Part shown: one piece after another, positions 14,601-27,000 of the stretch
Numbering within the stretch: position 1 is the stretch's first letter
How the letters are laid out: every line of letters begins with the position of its first letter
Origin: Raillietiella orientalis
Taxonomy: Eukaryota
Direction: 5' to 3'
DNA: 64,000 nt
NCBI GenBank assembly: GCA_036172245.1
Contig: JAYWIR010000026.1
Coordinates: 1,984,001 to 2,048,000 of the forward strand
Translations under genes and position numbers: made by a program
The notes under the pieces: generated by a model
Database searches by the model: none
What the model saw: the letters and a program-made list of their open reading frames with translations, nothing else
What the model was told of the DNA's origin: nothing

Positions 14601-15836
14601 CCAACGGCGGAATTCCGTCCCGGCGGATGCGCTCCTCGCAAGATGCCTCGCCCCGGAGGTTTTCTGGAGGCTGGGGGGAGGGGGGGGGAGGGGACGCTTC
14701 GGTTGCGGAAGCCAGCCGGGCCGCGCCCCGCGCGCGTGCGGACGGCAGAGCTGCAGCGACGGCGTCCACGCGCCCGACAGCGCCCCGCACAGGGACTTCT
14801 CGCGCCCGGCAGGTATCCGTGGGAGGTCGGAGGGGGAAGAGGAAATTTTCGCCCGGAGAGAGAGCGGAGGCGTGCGGCGGCAGCTGCGCGCCCTCTCATC
14901 CCGGGGAGCGACCGCCCCGGGACGTCTTCCGCCTCCCCCTCCTCGGCCGCCCTTCCTGAATGCTGCGAAGGCGGGCTTGCCGTCGTGCCCCTTCCAATCC
15001 CGCGTCCGCGCTGCTGCACGAGGGGGGCCCGGGAGCGCGATACGGGCGCTGGCAAGCCCGCTGCGACTATAGTTCTCTCCGGCTGATGATGATGCTTGCC
15101 TGCCTGCCTCTTCCCTTCCCTCCTTCCACCGCGCGCCGCCGCCATGCTTCTCGCAGGGTGCTGCTGTTGCTGCTGCACACGAAGTTCGCACGCGCCGCCT
15201 CCTGCACGGGAAAACGCGACGGGAGCGCCTGGTGAACGCGCTGCTCCCCGACAGATAGGAGGGGAGGAGGACGACGACGCGCCGCCGGACGCGCACAGGA
15301 ACGGCTTCCGAGGAGGAGCGGAAGAGCCGGGAGCATGCAGCCGCGATAAATCAAGCGTGATGCTGGAAACGTCAGGAGCCCGCGCGCAGGGATGGGGGGA
15401 GAGGCCGGAGGGAAAGTCTCGATCGGTCCCCTCGTGCGGTTCGCTCGTTCCCCAACGGGTCGCGTCCCGCGAGCGCCGTTTCCCCGGAGACCCGCGCTGG
15501 GCGTTCGAAACGTCCTCTCCTTCACTTTCCGCAGGGAGTCGGAGGGAGCGTCCCGGATCGCGGAGGCGGCGGCGGCGGCGGCGGCGGCACGCAACCCGCT
15601 GGCGTGACGCCTCGTTACGCGCCAGAGCACACGCGCGCACACACGTATGGATTTTTCCGTTTCCCGGATGCGTCCCTTCCCTCCCGCCTTGGGGATGCTC
15701 CGCCGCCGCCCCCGTCTCGCGACAGCGCCCGAAACGTCCCGGACGTTCCCCTCTTTCTCCTTGTTTCATCCGCTCCTTCCCTAACCTCCCCCTCCTCCCC
15801 CCGATCTTGGCTTCCCAGTGCCGTTCGCGAGTGCGC

Positions 15837-15924
15837 AAAAAAAAAGAAAAAAAAAATCAGCAAGGGAAAAAAAAGAAAAAAACAAACAAAAAAAAAAGGC
15901 AAAAGAAAGAAAGAAAGAAAGAAA
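15837..15924. repeat. Degenerate A-rich tract ending in (AAAG)n
   Basis: About 88 nt dominated by A with CAAA/AAAG units. It could be a decayed retroposon tail, but no element body is recognisable. Confidence 0.85.
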
Positions 15925-17060
15925 CGGGATTCCACGTTGCCCTTGGTTTCGGACCCGCTCTGAGCGCTCTTGTTTGACGGAAGGAAAAAACAGCTCCGCG
16001 GGCGAAACGTGCCGTCGGAGTCACCACAACCACGGCGACCGCGGAACTCGTTTTCCGGGCAGATAAAGAGGGGGCTGAAGAAAGACTTGGCTGCTGCTGC
16101 TGCTGCTGCTCTCGCCTCAGGCGCCGTCGCTCCTTCTCCCCAAGAGCCTTCCGAAAGCGGTCCTCCCGTCGCTCGGGCGAGGAATGAGGTCGCGGCGAGG
16201 GAAGGGGGAGGGAGAGGAAAGAGGGAAGCAGCAGCAGAGGGGAAGAGGAGTGACGACAGAGCCACCACCACCACTACCATCGGGGAGGGGCTGTGTGACG
16301 GGGAGGGCTCGGTGGAGACGACCGCACGCACGCACCTCCATCGTCGTCAGCCACTTCGCGCAGTCCCCGAAGGGATGGGGGGACGGGTCGGAAGGGGATC
16401 CGGAGATTGCCTGGAGCACCGCCGGCCTGATCAGAAGGGCGTGTGCGTGCGTGGGTAAGAAAAGGGGAGGAGGGATGCCAGTTCCCGGGCGGGAAGCGCC
16501 GCGAGCGGTCCGGTTCGGGAGTGGCCGGAAGCGGTGGCAGCGGCCTCCTCGAAACGAAGGTTGGACTCCCCCGCTCCCGAGAGGGAAGGTCGTTTCGTCG
16601 CCGTCCGGATGGAGGGGGAGAGGGGAGGAGTGCCTCCGAGGGAGCCCGCCGCCACGGCCGTCGCTGCCGCTGCCGCCGGTTTTCGTTGCCATGGAGATGC
16701 TCTCGCGTGCCGCTCGCGCGGTGGGGGAGGGGAGGAGGGAAGTGAGCGCGTTCCGAGCTCCTCCCCGAAAGTTGCAGGGAGCGGAGGACGCACGGGCGGC
16801 GGCAGGAAGCAAGCGGGACGCTGCCGAGGAGTGCGCGCGCGCTTCTCAAGAGGATAGAGGGGAGGAGGAGGGAGAGCGAAAAGTGATTTCCCCCTCCCTT
16901 TCGCCCTTTTCGAGAGGGGCGCCACCGAGAGAGGAGGCTCACGCTAGCGCAGAGAGAGGGCAAGGGTTGGCGTCGTCGTCGGCAGTCGAGGCTGCCGGGA
17001 TGTCTCCTCCCTTTTGTGCGCTCTCTGCGCGCGCGGGCCCACGGCGATTTCGAGAGGATT

Positions 17061-17087
17061 GGCGGCGGCGGCGGCGGCGGCGGCGGC
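17061..17087. repeat. (GGC)9 microsatellite
   Basis: Read directly. Confidence 0.95.
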
Positions 17088-19125
17088 GGGGAGACGCGCG
17101 CGCGCTCTCTCTCTTGGAACCTCCCGGCTTTGATCTGTCGCCCGCGCGGATCGGGCGGGGAACCAGAGAAGAAGAAAAAAGAGAACCACCGTCGCCTCGA
17201 CTTTGTCCTCCGAAAGGTCAAATGGCGAAGAAAGTGGGCGTGCCGCGGAGGTTGCTCGAGAGAGGTGGCGAAGCGGGAGGAGGGGAGACGCGCAAGGCGA
17301 AGGAGCATTGGCAGGCAACCCTTGGGCTCGCGCGGAATTCGGAGAAAGAGGAAGAGGGAGGGCTGGGAGGGTTGGGAAGGGACGCGCGCAGCGACGGGAG
17401 TCAGTCGATCGCTGACTTTCTCCTCCTCTCCCCTCCTCCCCCTGCCTCCGCTTCCTACAGGAAAAGAAAAGAGCAGGCCGGCGAGTGGGCGCCTCCTCCA
17501 CCGCGTCGGACTCTCGGAACGTCGCACCCGGGCGCGCGCGCGCATCAGGGGCGGCGACTGAGAGCAGCAGTAGGGGGGAAGCGCAGAGAGGGGCAGCGGC
17601 GGCGGCCACTGCTGCTGCCGAGAGCGAGCGGTGCTGCGCGCCCCCGGCTCTTGCAGCGCCGCGCGCCGCCTCTTAGACGGTCCCGCCGCTGCGTTTCTTC
17701 GCTGGTGGTGGTGGTGATGGCGCATCCGGCGGCACGTGCACGCCCCCTCCTTTCCCTTCCCAGCCATCAGGATAGCCGGAGGGAGGGAGGGGCCGATGGA
17801 GGTGGCATTTCGAGCTCGAAATGCAACTGCCGCCCGAGCTTCCCTCCGGGAGCGCGCGCGGCTCTTCCTCCGCTCCCCCCTCCCTCCCTGCTTTGAAAAA
17901 GCGGCGGAGGAGGGTTGGCCCAAAAAGGGCTGCTGCACTTCCCTTCTCCGGGAGGGAGGGAGCGGTGGCGACCCCTGCGCGTGTGCCTTCTTTCCCCTCC
18001 CTTCGCGGGTGGGAAGGGGAGGGGAGGACGACCGACCGGCTCTCGCTCGTGCGCAGTCCGGTCGCCAAGCAACCCCTCTCTCTCCTTCCTTCTCTCCTCC
18101 CCCTTTCTTCCGCTTTTCCCGGGGAGGCCTTCCCACAGCTGTCAAGACGAGGGGAGGGGAGGGCATGGATGACCGCGAAGCTAGCGTCCGAGGTGAGGAG
18201 CACGGAGCATACTCCCGCGTGTCGACCTTGTCTCCGCTACCGCTGCTGCGCAGAGGGGAGAGCAGCTTCTACGGTGCCGCCGTTGTTCCTGTCCTATTCC
18301 TCGCTTCCCTCCTCCCCTTCTTTTTCCTCCCATCCTTTGAACGTGCGCATCGTCACGGAAAGGGGGAAGGCGGGGAGCGGCGGTGTCGACAACAAGGGCG
18401 CGCCCTCGCTCCAGGGCGAAGGCCACCGCCGGAGAGTCTGGGATTCCCCGGATGCTGAGGGTCCTCTCTCCCTCGCTTCCGCCCCTCCTCACCCCTCCCT
18501 CGCCTTCGGGATTCCTAGTGCCCCCTTCCCCCTGGTTCGCACTTTTCTCGGGTGCATCAGTGGCAGACAAAGGAGAGGAGAGGGGGGAGGGAGAGGAGGA
18601 ATTCCCGTTTACCCCTCCCCCTCCTTTGCTCCTAACGCTTCCCTAGCCTGCACGCCCAGGTGCTCCCTGTTTGGGTGTGTGGTGGGAGGTCGCGGATATG
18701 ACCACTGGCAGGGGAGGGGGGAGGAAGGCGTGGTGATCTCCCGCCGCCGCCGCCGGTTTCCTGCCAGCGAACACCTCCGTCCCCTCGCTCCTCCCCCTCT
18801 CTGGCGATTATCTGCGCCCGCTGCACGTACGACGTCACCGCCTCGGATGACAAACGACCCGATAAGCTCCCGTTTTTCGACGCGTCTCCCGGTTCCGAGC
18901 TCCGCGGCCGTGGAGCTCCCGACTCCGCACCTCCGGCTTCCTTCCTTCCCTTCCCTGGCCGTCTCTCGTCGCACCCAGCATCCGGGGACTTTGCCGATCG
19001 CGGGAGTTCCGCTCCAACCGATCCCCCTCTTTCCTCCCACACATCGAGGTGCGCCCGCGTCCCGCCGGAGCGGGACGAGAGAGACAGGGCGAGAGAAAGA
19101 GAGGGAGGAAGGGAGGGGGAGAAGG

Positions 19126-19150
19126 GAGAGAGAGAGAGAGAGAGAGAGAG
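19126..19150. repeat. (GA)12 microsatellite
   Basis: Read directly. Confidence 0.95.
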
Positions 19151-20740
19151 GCGAGTGCGTCCTCAAGCGGACCGCAACCCCTGAGGGGGCCCGAGCGCTC
19201 GCAAAGCAAGCCGCGGCTGACGCTCTTGCCCGTCCCGCCCTCCTCCTCCTCCTCCTCCCCCCCTCTTGCGCGCCGCGCCTGCAGCGAACGCTTCCACCGG
19301 TCAGGGGCGAGGAGGAGGGGGAGAAATCGTAGGTCTTCTTCGCCGCGCCGATGCACGGGACCGGGTCGAGGCGACTGCGAGCGAGGGTGGGTGCGCCCCG
19401 CAGGGTCGACGGTAGGGAGGAGGAGGGGGGGGTCCTGGGTAGAGGACGTGCTTTCCCCCCTCCCCGTCACTCCACCTGACAGGATCCCCCCCCTCTCCCG
19501 GTTGCTCCCCAACGGGACACCCCGCATCGGAAAAGACGATTTATGAGGGTTCTCAGGGAACGGCAGCAGTTCGGGCGGTGCTCCCCGGGGTTTCCGTAGG
19601 AGCGCAGGGGAGGACGCGCCGTGGAGGGAGAGGAGCGCAGTGGGCCCCGCCTGCCTCTTTTTTCTTCGTCGGCTTCCTGCAGCCCTCGCGATCCGGTTCG
19701 TGGACTCTCCCCTTTTCCCGGATACCCCTCAAGGGTGCTTCTCATGGATAAGAAGCGCGAGAGAAGAAACAGCTTGGATTTCGTTGCTCTGGGAAACGCG
19801 TCCGCCTCCCTCCAGAACAGCACCCGCCGCCAGTTCCGAGCAGGCTTCGAGCCCTTTCGCTCCTTCCTGGAGCGCTCGGGGAGGATGCCTCGGTCGCCAT
19901 CACTCGGGAAAAAGGAAGGGACGGGACGGACGGAAAGGAGGGTGGGGATGGGGGTGGGGCAGGAAGAGAGAGAAATAGGCAGTCGTTTCCGGCATCCAGA
20001 GGACGGGAGCGCGGAGGTTCTCCGTGGGCCTGCCGGATGAAAAGATGCTCCGGAACAGAAAGAGCTGCGGTGGCCTGTCGCTGCCTGAAGAGCGCCATGG
20101 CTCCCGCACACACTGCCGCCGCCACCGCATCGAAATGGGTGGCGTACGCGTGCTCCTCTCCAAGGCGGTCCAGAGCCTGCAGCCTCGACAAAGGGCAGCT
20201 CATGAGCCGGGACGTGACGAAATTCGTCCCCCCCCCCCTCCCTCGCGAGAGTCACCCGCCGCAACACCAGCGAGGTGGGGCACCAAATGATGGCAGACAT
20301 CGGCGACGGAATGTTCGCGAGCGCGCGCGCGCGCGCCAGGGGGCGAGGGGGGAGCTTCCCAAGAAAGATGTGCGCATCCCCCCTCCCCCGACGCACGCGC
20401 GCTTTAAGACACCCCCAGGAGGCGGAGTGGGGGGCTCTCTGGTGCGGGAGCTACCGCTGGGCATCCCCGCGCGACGATCCGGACGCCGCTCCCCGGGTCT
20501 GCCGCGATTCTCAGGAGGCCTCCGAGGGTCTGCGAGGCGGCGCGCGTGCCTGGCAGCCTCGCTAATCGCTCGCTGCCGCCGCCTCCGGGATGAGGGGACT
20601 CCCCCCCTGCACGCTGAGTGCGCTGCAAAGGAGGCTCTTCCGTCCGGCATGATCCGCGCGAATCCGCTGGCTGGAATCCGAAGGATGATGATGATAAAGG
20701 AAGAGGCAGCAGAGAGAAAATTTATTGCTGCGGTGTGGGA

Positions 20741-20771
<31 letters not shown>

Positions 20772-22769
20772 AGTGGTGGAGGAGCAGCGCGATGATGGAT
20801 TTCGCGAGTTTCAAAGAGAGGAGAGCGCCGATTTCCGCGTACTCGCCGGAGCGTCCGGCCGCCGCCGCGCCTCGTGCGCACTCCGCGTTTCCCGCCCCGC
20901 GACGAAGGGACTGCGAGCCCCCCCCCCCCCCCCCCCTCCTTCCTGCCTCTGCTTCAATCGGGTCCTCCCTGGAACCGGAGGGGAAACGCAAGCGCGCGCG
21001 AGCGCGCTCCAGCAGCGACGCGTCGCCCATGGCAACTCCGTGTTTGTCCGTCGGTCCGTCCACGCCGAAACGCACGTTCGCCGCGGGAATGAGTTCCAGC
21101 CCGGAATCCCGCGCGTGAAAGAGCGAAACTCGAGGGCACGGCCGGCTCCTCCCCGCGCCTTGTGGCAAACGGAGCGCGCGAGCGCCGGGACTTTGGCAGC
21201 GGCAGGGAGGTTCGGCGTGCGGAGGGCGGACGCGGTCGCCGCGCAGTCACCGCGCCCGCGGTCGCCGCGCAGCTTCGTGGGGGACGGCACGTGGATCTGA
21301 GACAAAGGGAACCGGCCAGGACGGGTCCTGGCTCCTTCCTGAAGGAGGATCTCGTCACGGGAGCGCTCCTGCCTTCCCGCCACGCCTCTGACGCTCCTGC
21401 ACTCCTCGCCGGGGAGAACGCTTGGGAAGGGAAGAGGGAGGGAACGCACGAGGAACAGGGACGGAAGGAGACGCCTGCACAGGAGCGTTTCCGCCCATTC
21501 GGGAAGAAGGGAGCATCGTTCCTTCGAGGGGGCGATCACTGGGTTCCGAGGCAGAGCCGCGGTCCCTCGGGGAAAGGGAAGAAAAAGGAGAGAGCGGGAG
21601 GGGAAAAGGAGGGGGGGGGGAAAAAAAAAAAAAAAAAACTCCCGTTCTCTGGAAGGTATCCTACTCGGCTGGAATCGACGTGTCCTCCCGCTCTTCCCGT
21701 GCAATCGTGAGTCTCCAGTCACCTTGGCAGCGACAAGGAGGTCGCCCCCTATGAGTCGCCGGAGTCGCATGCGAATCCGCCACCTCCCTTGGCACCTTCC
21801 CCCCATCCCTCGCCTCGGCCCAGTCGCTTCTCCCAGCCCACCTCCCTAACCTTCAGCGACGCCGTCCCGGATCAGCCCGCATCACGGATGGCACGCAGCA
21901 GCCACAACTTATTGATTTTCCAGCGGAGAATTCGCTTCTTCCCCCTCCCTCCCTCCTCCCCCAGTTGGAAGTTTTGGAAACCCCCGCGGACGTCCTCCGC
22001 GCGCGACGACAGCGCGCGCGCGCGCGCACGCAGTTCTCGTCCCCCCCCCCCTCCCCTCCTTTTGCGCACAGCGCGCCCCGGCCTCGATGTACGCGTCGAG
22101 CGGAGGGGCTCGCGGAAAACAGGGCTTGAGAACGGAGGCGGCGGCGGCGGCGGCGGCGACGGCTGAGGAGGGAGGGGGGGGGGGGCTATCCGGATGGATT
22201 GCCGCCACCGCTGGTGGTTGGGAGGGAAGCAGAGTACAGCAGCACACGGATCTTCCTTCGTCCTCCGCGCGGACCTCCCCTCGTTCGCGAGGGTGCCGCC
22301 GGCGGCGCACGAGGTGCGAGTGGGCGCGCCCTCATGCGCGTCCGATCACGTGCTCGGGGAGCATCCAAATTTTTCGCGCACGCAGAAAAAGGCAGGGAGG
22401 GGAGGGAGGGTGGGGCAACAGGAAAGAAGGAAGGCGAGAAGAGGAAGGAAAGAACGAGACGGAACACACGCGCTCTAGGGACCGCACTGCACGCGTGCGC
22501 GTGCGAACGCGCATCCGAGACGGGGGGTGTCGAAAGCTCTTCATTTGTTGATTGCCTGGTGCTTCCATGCAGGGCTGCTCTCTGGGAGAGCAAGGACTTT
22601 TTTTTTTTTTTTTTGGCCCCGGGTGTTCGTCGCAGGATGGTGCGGTCGATCCCGGGTATTCCCGGAAGGAGAAAGGAGAGAGCGAAGGGTGGGTGGGGGT
22701 AGAGGAGAAAGTGGAGGAGAAAACGAAGGTGGGGTGGCTCGGCAAGGCGTCTTCGCCGCCTCCATTCGG

Positions 22770-23143
22770 ACAGACGATGTAACGATTGGCCGTCCGGTGG
22801 CGCTGCCGCCGCCGCCATCCTCCGGAAGGGGCGACCGCGCCTTCTTCTGAACTCGGCGATCACTGGGGGGTCGGTCGAACCTTCGCCCTCAGATGCTCTG
22901 CACCCTCTTGTGCCTGTGACCTTTTCCCGTCGACATTTTCATTCCCCCGTTCTGCGTAGCAGCAGCAGCAGCAGCAGCAGCAGCCACACCCCTCCAGAGT
23001 CCTCCTTCCCCCCCGGCTGGTACGACGACAGCCAAAATGGTGGGCGGCAGGGTGAAAATGAAGGAAAAAAGGAAAAAAAAAAAAAAAAAGCGAGGGTCTC
23101 CCTCTTCCGGCGCGACCTCTCATCGAGCCGCCGCCGCAGTCGA

Positions 23144-23174
<31 letters not shown>

Positions 23175-23526
23175 CACGGCGACGACGACGACGACGACGA
23201 CGACGTCGTTTCCTGCCGGCCGCCGTCGCTCGTGTCCGTCGTCCGCTAGCCCAGGCCGCCGCGCGCGCGCTGGCCGCCGCCGCCGCCGCCGTCGCCGCCG
23301 CCGCTGCCTCCGCCGCCGCCGCCGCCGCCGCCGCCTATAGGTAGTCAGGGTGCCGGGGCGCGCTCTCGGCCGGAAAACAATAGGGCGGCGGCGGAGAGGC
23401 GAGGCGGCAGCGTGCGTGCTCGCGGGCTGTCCCGTACGAGGCGGTGCAGTACTGCGGCGAGGAGAGCCGCTCGCGGAGTGCGAAAGCTCGCTGCTGCCGA
23501 GCAGGCGGTGCTTTTTTTCCGTTTTT

Positions 23527-23566
<40 letters not shown>

Positions 23567-23710
23567 CGCTCGCGCTCCCTCGCCTTTCTCGTTTGCTTCC
23601 TCCGTCGCGGCGGACGGACGTTGCCGGCGTGCGTCGGTTGTGCGTGTCACTCACTCTCGCCGCGCGTGTGTGCCGGTGGCGGACGGTCGTCGGCGCGTGC
23701 TACGCGAACG
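22770..23710 (+). promoter_or_regulatory. Probable promoter / 5' leader region of the NOL4-like gene
   Basis: Immediately upstream of the first coding exon and very GC-rich in places (line 23281: 53/60 G+C). Reverse CCAAT box (ATTGG 22785-22789, GCCAATCG on the - strand), YY1/Pho-like GCCGCCATC at 22811 and GCCATTTT at 23527, plus triplet-repeat arrays. The TSS cannot be determined. Confidence 0.45.
22958..23564. repeat. Compound microsatellite block: (AGC)9, A17, (GAC)8-CACGGC-(GAC)8, interrupted (GCC)n, T34
   Basis: Read directly: (AGC)9 22958-22984; A17 23073-23089; (GAC)8 23151-23174 and 23181-23204; (GCC)n 23273-23335; T34 23531-23564. Confidence 0.95.
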
Positions 23711-24067
23711 ATGCTCCAGAAGGATAACAGCAAGCCGTGCAAGAAGAGGACGCGTGGATCCTCCTCCTACCACCGGGGGCTTGACTGCGGTGGCAGGAAC
23801 GACGCCGCCAGCTTCCGCAACGAGATGTACCTCAAGTTCCAACCGTGGGCCATGAGGACCTACGGGGACTCGGCCAAAACCAAGACGGTGACCAGGAAGA
23901 AGCAGAGCAAGATTTTCCGCGTGCTTCGCGGAGAGGAGACGAGGACTGCGGAGAACTCCAAGTTCTGCGCCTGGGTCAAGCAGAAAGGATTCTGCATCCG
24001 GCCCTTGCCAGGATACGACGGATCCGGAGAGAACGGGCTGATGTACGTGCCTTCTTATCCCGCCAAG
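23711..24067 (+). CDS. NOL4: NOL4/NOL4L-family protein, first identified coding exon (119 codons, MLQKDNSK...YVPSYPAK)
   Basis: The translation EMYLKFQPWAMRTYGDSAKTKTVTRKKQSKIFRVLRGEE...NSKFCAWVKQKGF...LMYVP matches the NOL4 N-terminus as I recall it (DMYRQFQDWCLRTYGDSGKTKTVTRKKY...NAKFKFWVKSKGF...VLYVP). The ATG at 23711 has A at -3. A second in-frame ATG at 23825 aligns with the vertebrate MY motif. The exon ends at AAG|GTAATG (GT 24068), phase 0. GC3 is 99/119 by hand count. The 5' boundary is less certain than the 3' boundary. Confidence 0.93.
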
Positions 24068-27000
24068 GTAATGCCACCTTTATTTTGTTCTGTGTGTTGC
24101 CTGAAGGGACGGTCGCATCGTAGACCCCTCCCCCGACCCCCGCGCGCGTTTTGCCGCGTTGCTGCGGAAGAAAATGTCCTCCCTTCCTCCTCCCCCCCTC
24201 CTCCTCCTCGTCCCTGTGGTCAGGCGACCTCCTCCGTGGTGCATTCGTTGGTTGTGCGGTTGTGCTGCCCCGTGCGGGTGCCAGCGGAGCCCCCCCTCCC
24301 CGTGTGCCACTTGTCGCCCCTTGTGGTTGCCGCCGTCGTATCACCTTGCTCCGTGGTCTCTGGTCTCGTTACTTGTGGTGAGTGGTGCGTAGTTTCCCGA
24401 GTGGGACGCCGCCCAGTCCAAGGCAACCGATGCTTCTTCTGCCCGTTGGCTCAGAGCGGCGACGGGCACCGACGGTTGGCGATGGGCGCACCGTGAGAAG
24501 GGGGGAACGAGGGAGGAGGAGAGAGGGACCCCGTCAACCGAAAGTGAAAGTGCGGCCACGGGTATGCCGTGCCGAGAAAAGGGGAACGCAGGAGGGCGGA
24601 GTAGTGTGGGATGGGGGGCGCAGCTGGAAGAGAGGGAACAGGGAGGAAGAGAAAAAGCAGCATCTTCCTTCGTTCCCTGAGGAGCGCGCCGACTGAACGC
24701 CAGGTTTCATCTCGCATTGTATGCCCGGGTTCGGGAAGAAAGGGGCACGCACGTTCTGCTCTCCCTAGCCACGCAGCTGCTCCCTAACGCGCTGTTTCAT
24801 TAACATTTTATTGCCCCCTCCTCCTCCTCCCAGCCAGCGATCTGCGCCGGTCACGCCGGGCGTCCCGCGGACGGGAACGCGTTCCCCCTCTTGTCCTCCC
24901 CTGCCACACCGCTGCCGCATCCTTTTTTCCCCCTACTTTCCTCTCTCCCTTCGGCTTCTCCCGTTTGTTTGTTTGTTTGTTTGTTTGTTCTTGTCCCCCT
25001 TCCTCCCCTCCCCTTCCCTCCCTCTCCCGACTGCGTTCGATAAAACGGACGACTCTGATCGTCCGCGGTCTCGCGGTCACGAGAAAATCGCCCTTCTTCC
25101 AGGATGATCGAAGCGCTCCCTTTGCTCCCCGTCTGGGCTTTTCCCGCGACACCGTCTCTCCCGTAACGACAGGGAAGTCCTCCTCTTCCTCTCCTTCGCT
25201 TTCGGCCTCGTCACGTCCTCAATTTGGACTCTTCTCTCCCGCTTGGCTCGGGAAACGAGCACGAAAGAGGGAAGGAGGGTGCGGGAGGGAAGGGGAGGAG
25301 AGAGGGAGGCTGGTCGTCCGGACGCGCCCGCGACCCCGCGTCAGAGGCCGCACGCTCGCTTCCTCCCCACCCTCTCTGCATCAGGGTGCCGTGAAACGAT
25401 CCGTGGTTCCCGCGGCAACGACACGTGACTTTTTCCACGCGCGCTCCCGGCGGCGATCCACCCACTCACCGCTCCGCCGCCGCGCGCGCGCGCGTCCCGC
25501 GATCAGCTACGCGCCCCTCTTCTGTCCTTCTTCCTCGCCCGCCCTCGCTCCCTCTCTCTCCCCCAGGGCACGCGAAAGACTTGGGGGAGGTTTCTAGCCG
25601 CGTAGCAAAGGGTCTCATCCGCAGGCTCGTCCCTCCCCTCCCCCCCCCTTCCCCCCCGCGGTCGCGAACATGCGACGCTCGAACAAAAGACGCGTTCCCC
25701 AGAGGACGGAACCGCAGCGCTTTTCGTCCTCCCTTTTTTATTCTGTACAGGAATGCCAGGGAGTGTGGACTCCCGGGGTCCCGCTCGTTTCTTCGCGACG
25801 AGGGCGACGATGGCGACGGCGACCGTTTTTATTTTTTTCCTTTTTTTTCTCGCGCTGCCGTGCATGGCGGGGCGGCCCCGTTGGTGGCGTGCAAATCGGA
25901 GACGCCCCGCTGCACTCCCCTCCCCCCGTCCGCGAGTTCGAGAACGTCCTGCGGGCGCCGCCGCCGGGCGCGTTCCGAAACGCACCCGCGGAGATCGCGT
26001 GACGCCCGCACGGAAGAGGCACGTCACGCGATCTCCGCACGCGCACGCGTTCCGCTCGCTTCCCCCCCCCCCCCTTCTTTCCTTTTATTTTCCTTTCTTT
26101 CCCCTATTTTTTTTTTTTTTTTTTTCTTTCCGGGATGCAGGGGACCAAAGATGGCGGTCTCCTCGCACGTCGGCGGTGCGGCGCTGATGCGAGGGGGGAT
26201 TTCCCTCCCTGCGGATGAAAGCGGGACGTCGGCGTCGTCGGCGGAACGGCAGCGGCCCGCCGCCGTTCCGCCGACGACTCGGAGGGGGTGCGCGCACGCA
26301 ACCACGTGATCTCTCGGTCGGGGAAAGAGGGGGGGTGCATGCGTTTTCTTTTCGCTTTCTTTCCCCCTCGATGCTGCGCACTGTCGGCAGGCTTTCGACG
26401 GCGGCTCCCCCGGGATGCGTCCACAGCGTGTCAGCCACGGAGCTTCTACTGGATGATTTATCCACGGACCGGTCCATCGATCTGCCGCGAGCAAACATCC
26501 GTCGTGCAGCTAATTGCTCGCTCCGTGCGTGCGTGCGTGCGTGCGTGCGCAGGTGCAGGCGGCCGGGCGCGCGCGCGACATCATCCCGGATTCCCGTCGG
26601 AGCATTCTCGACACCACGTGACCGTGTGGCCTCACCCTTCCCAGAAAGAGTGTGGCCGCCACCTCCTCGGCGGCGGCGGTGGTGGCGCGGAGGAAGAGGA
26701 GGACGAGGAGAAGTCGGGGGGAGTGGAAGTCGTCGTCGTCGTCGTCGTCAGCAATGATGACCGTTGCGCGCGCGCGCGGTGGCGGAACGAAATGACCGAA
26801 GATGGGACTGCAAGCGCGCGCCAGAGGGTGGAGAGAGAGGGAGGGGGGGAGTAGGCAGGCAGGTTGGTCAGCAGTGCGTGGGGGGAGGGAGGGAAGAGGA
26901 CGCTCGCAGATCGGCGGCCGGGCTGATCTCTCTCTCTCCCTTCTTCGCCCGCCCTCCGCGAGCCGCCGCGTTCCGGTGTCCGCGCGCAGCTCCGGAGCAT

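Noticed and set aside
14050..19332. Very long overlapping ORFs (up to 630, 570, 503 and 439 aa) on both strands
   Set aside because: R/P/G/A/S-rich low-complexity translations of GC-rich, stop-poor DNA, open in several frames at once, with no domain resemblance.
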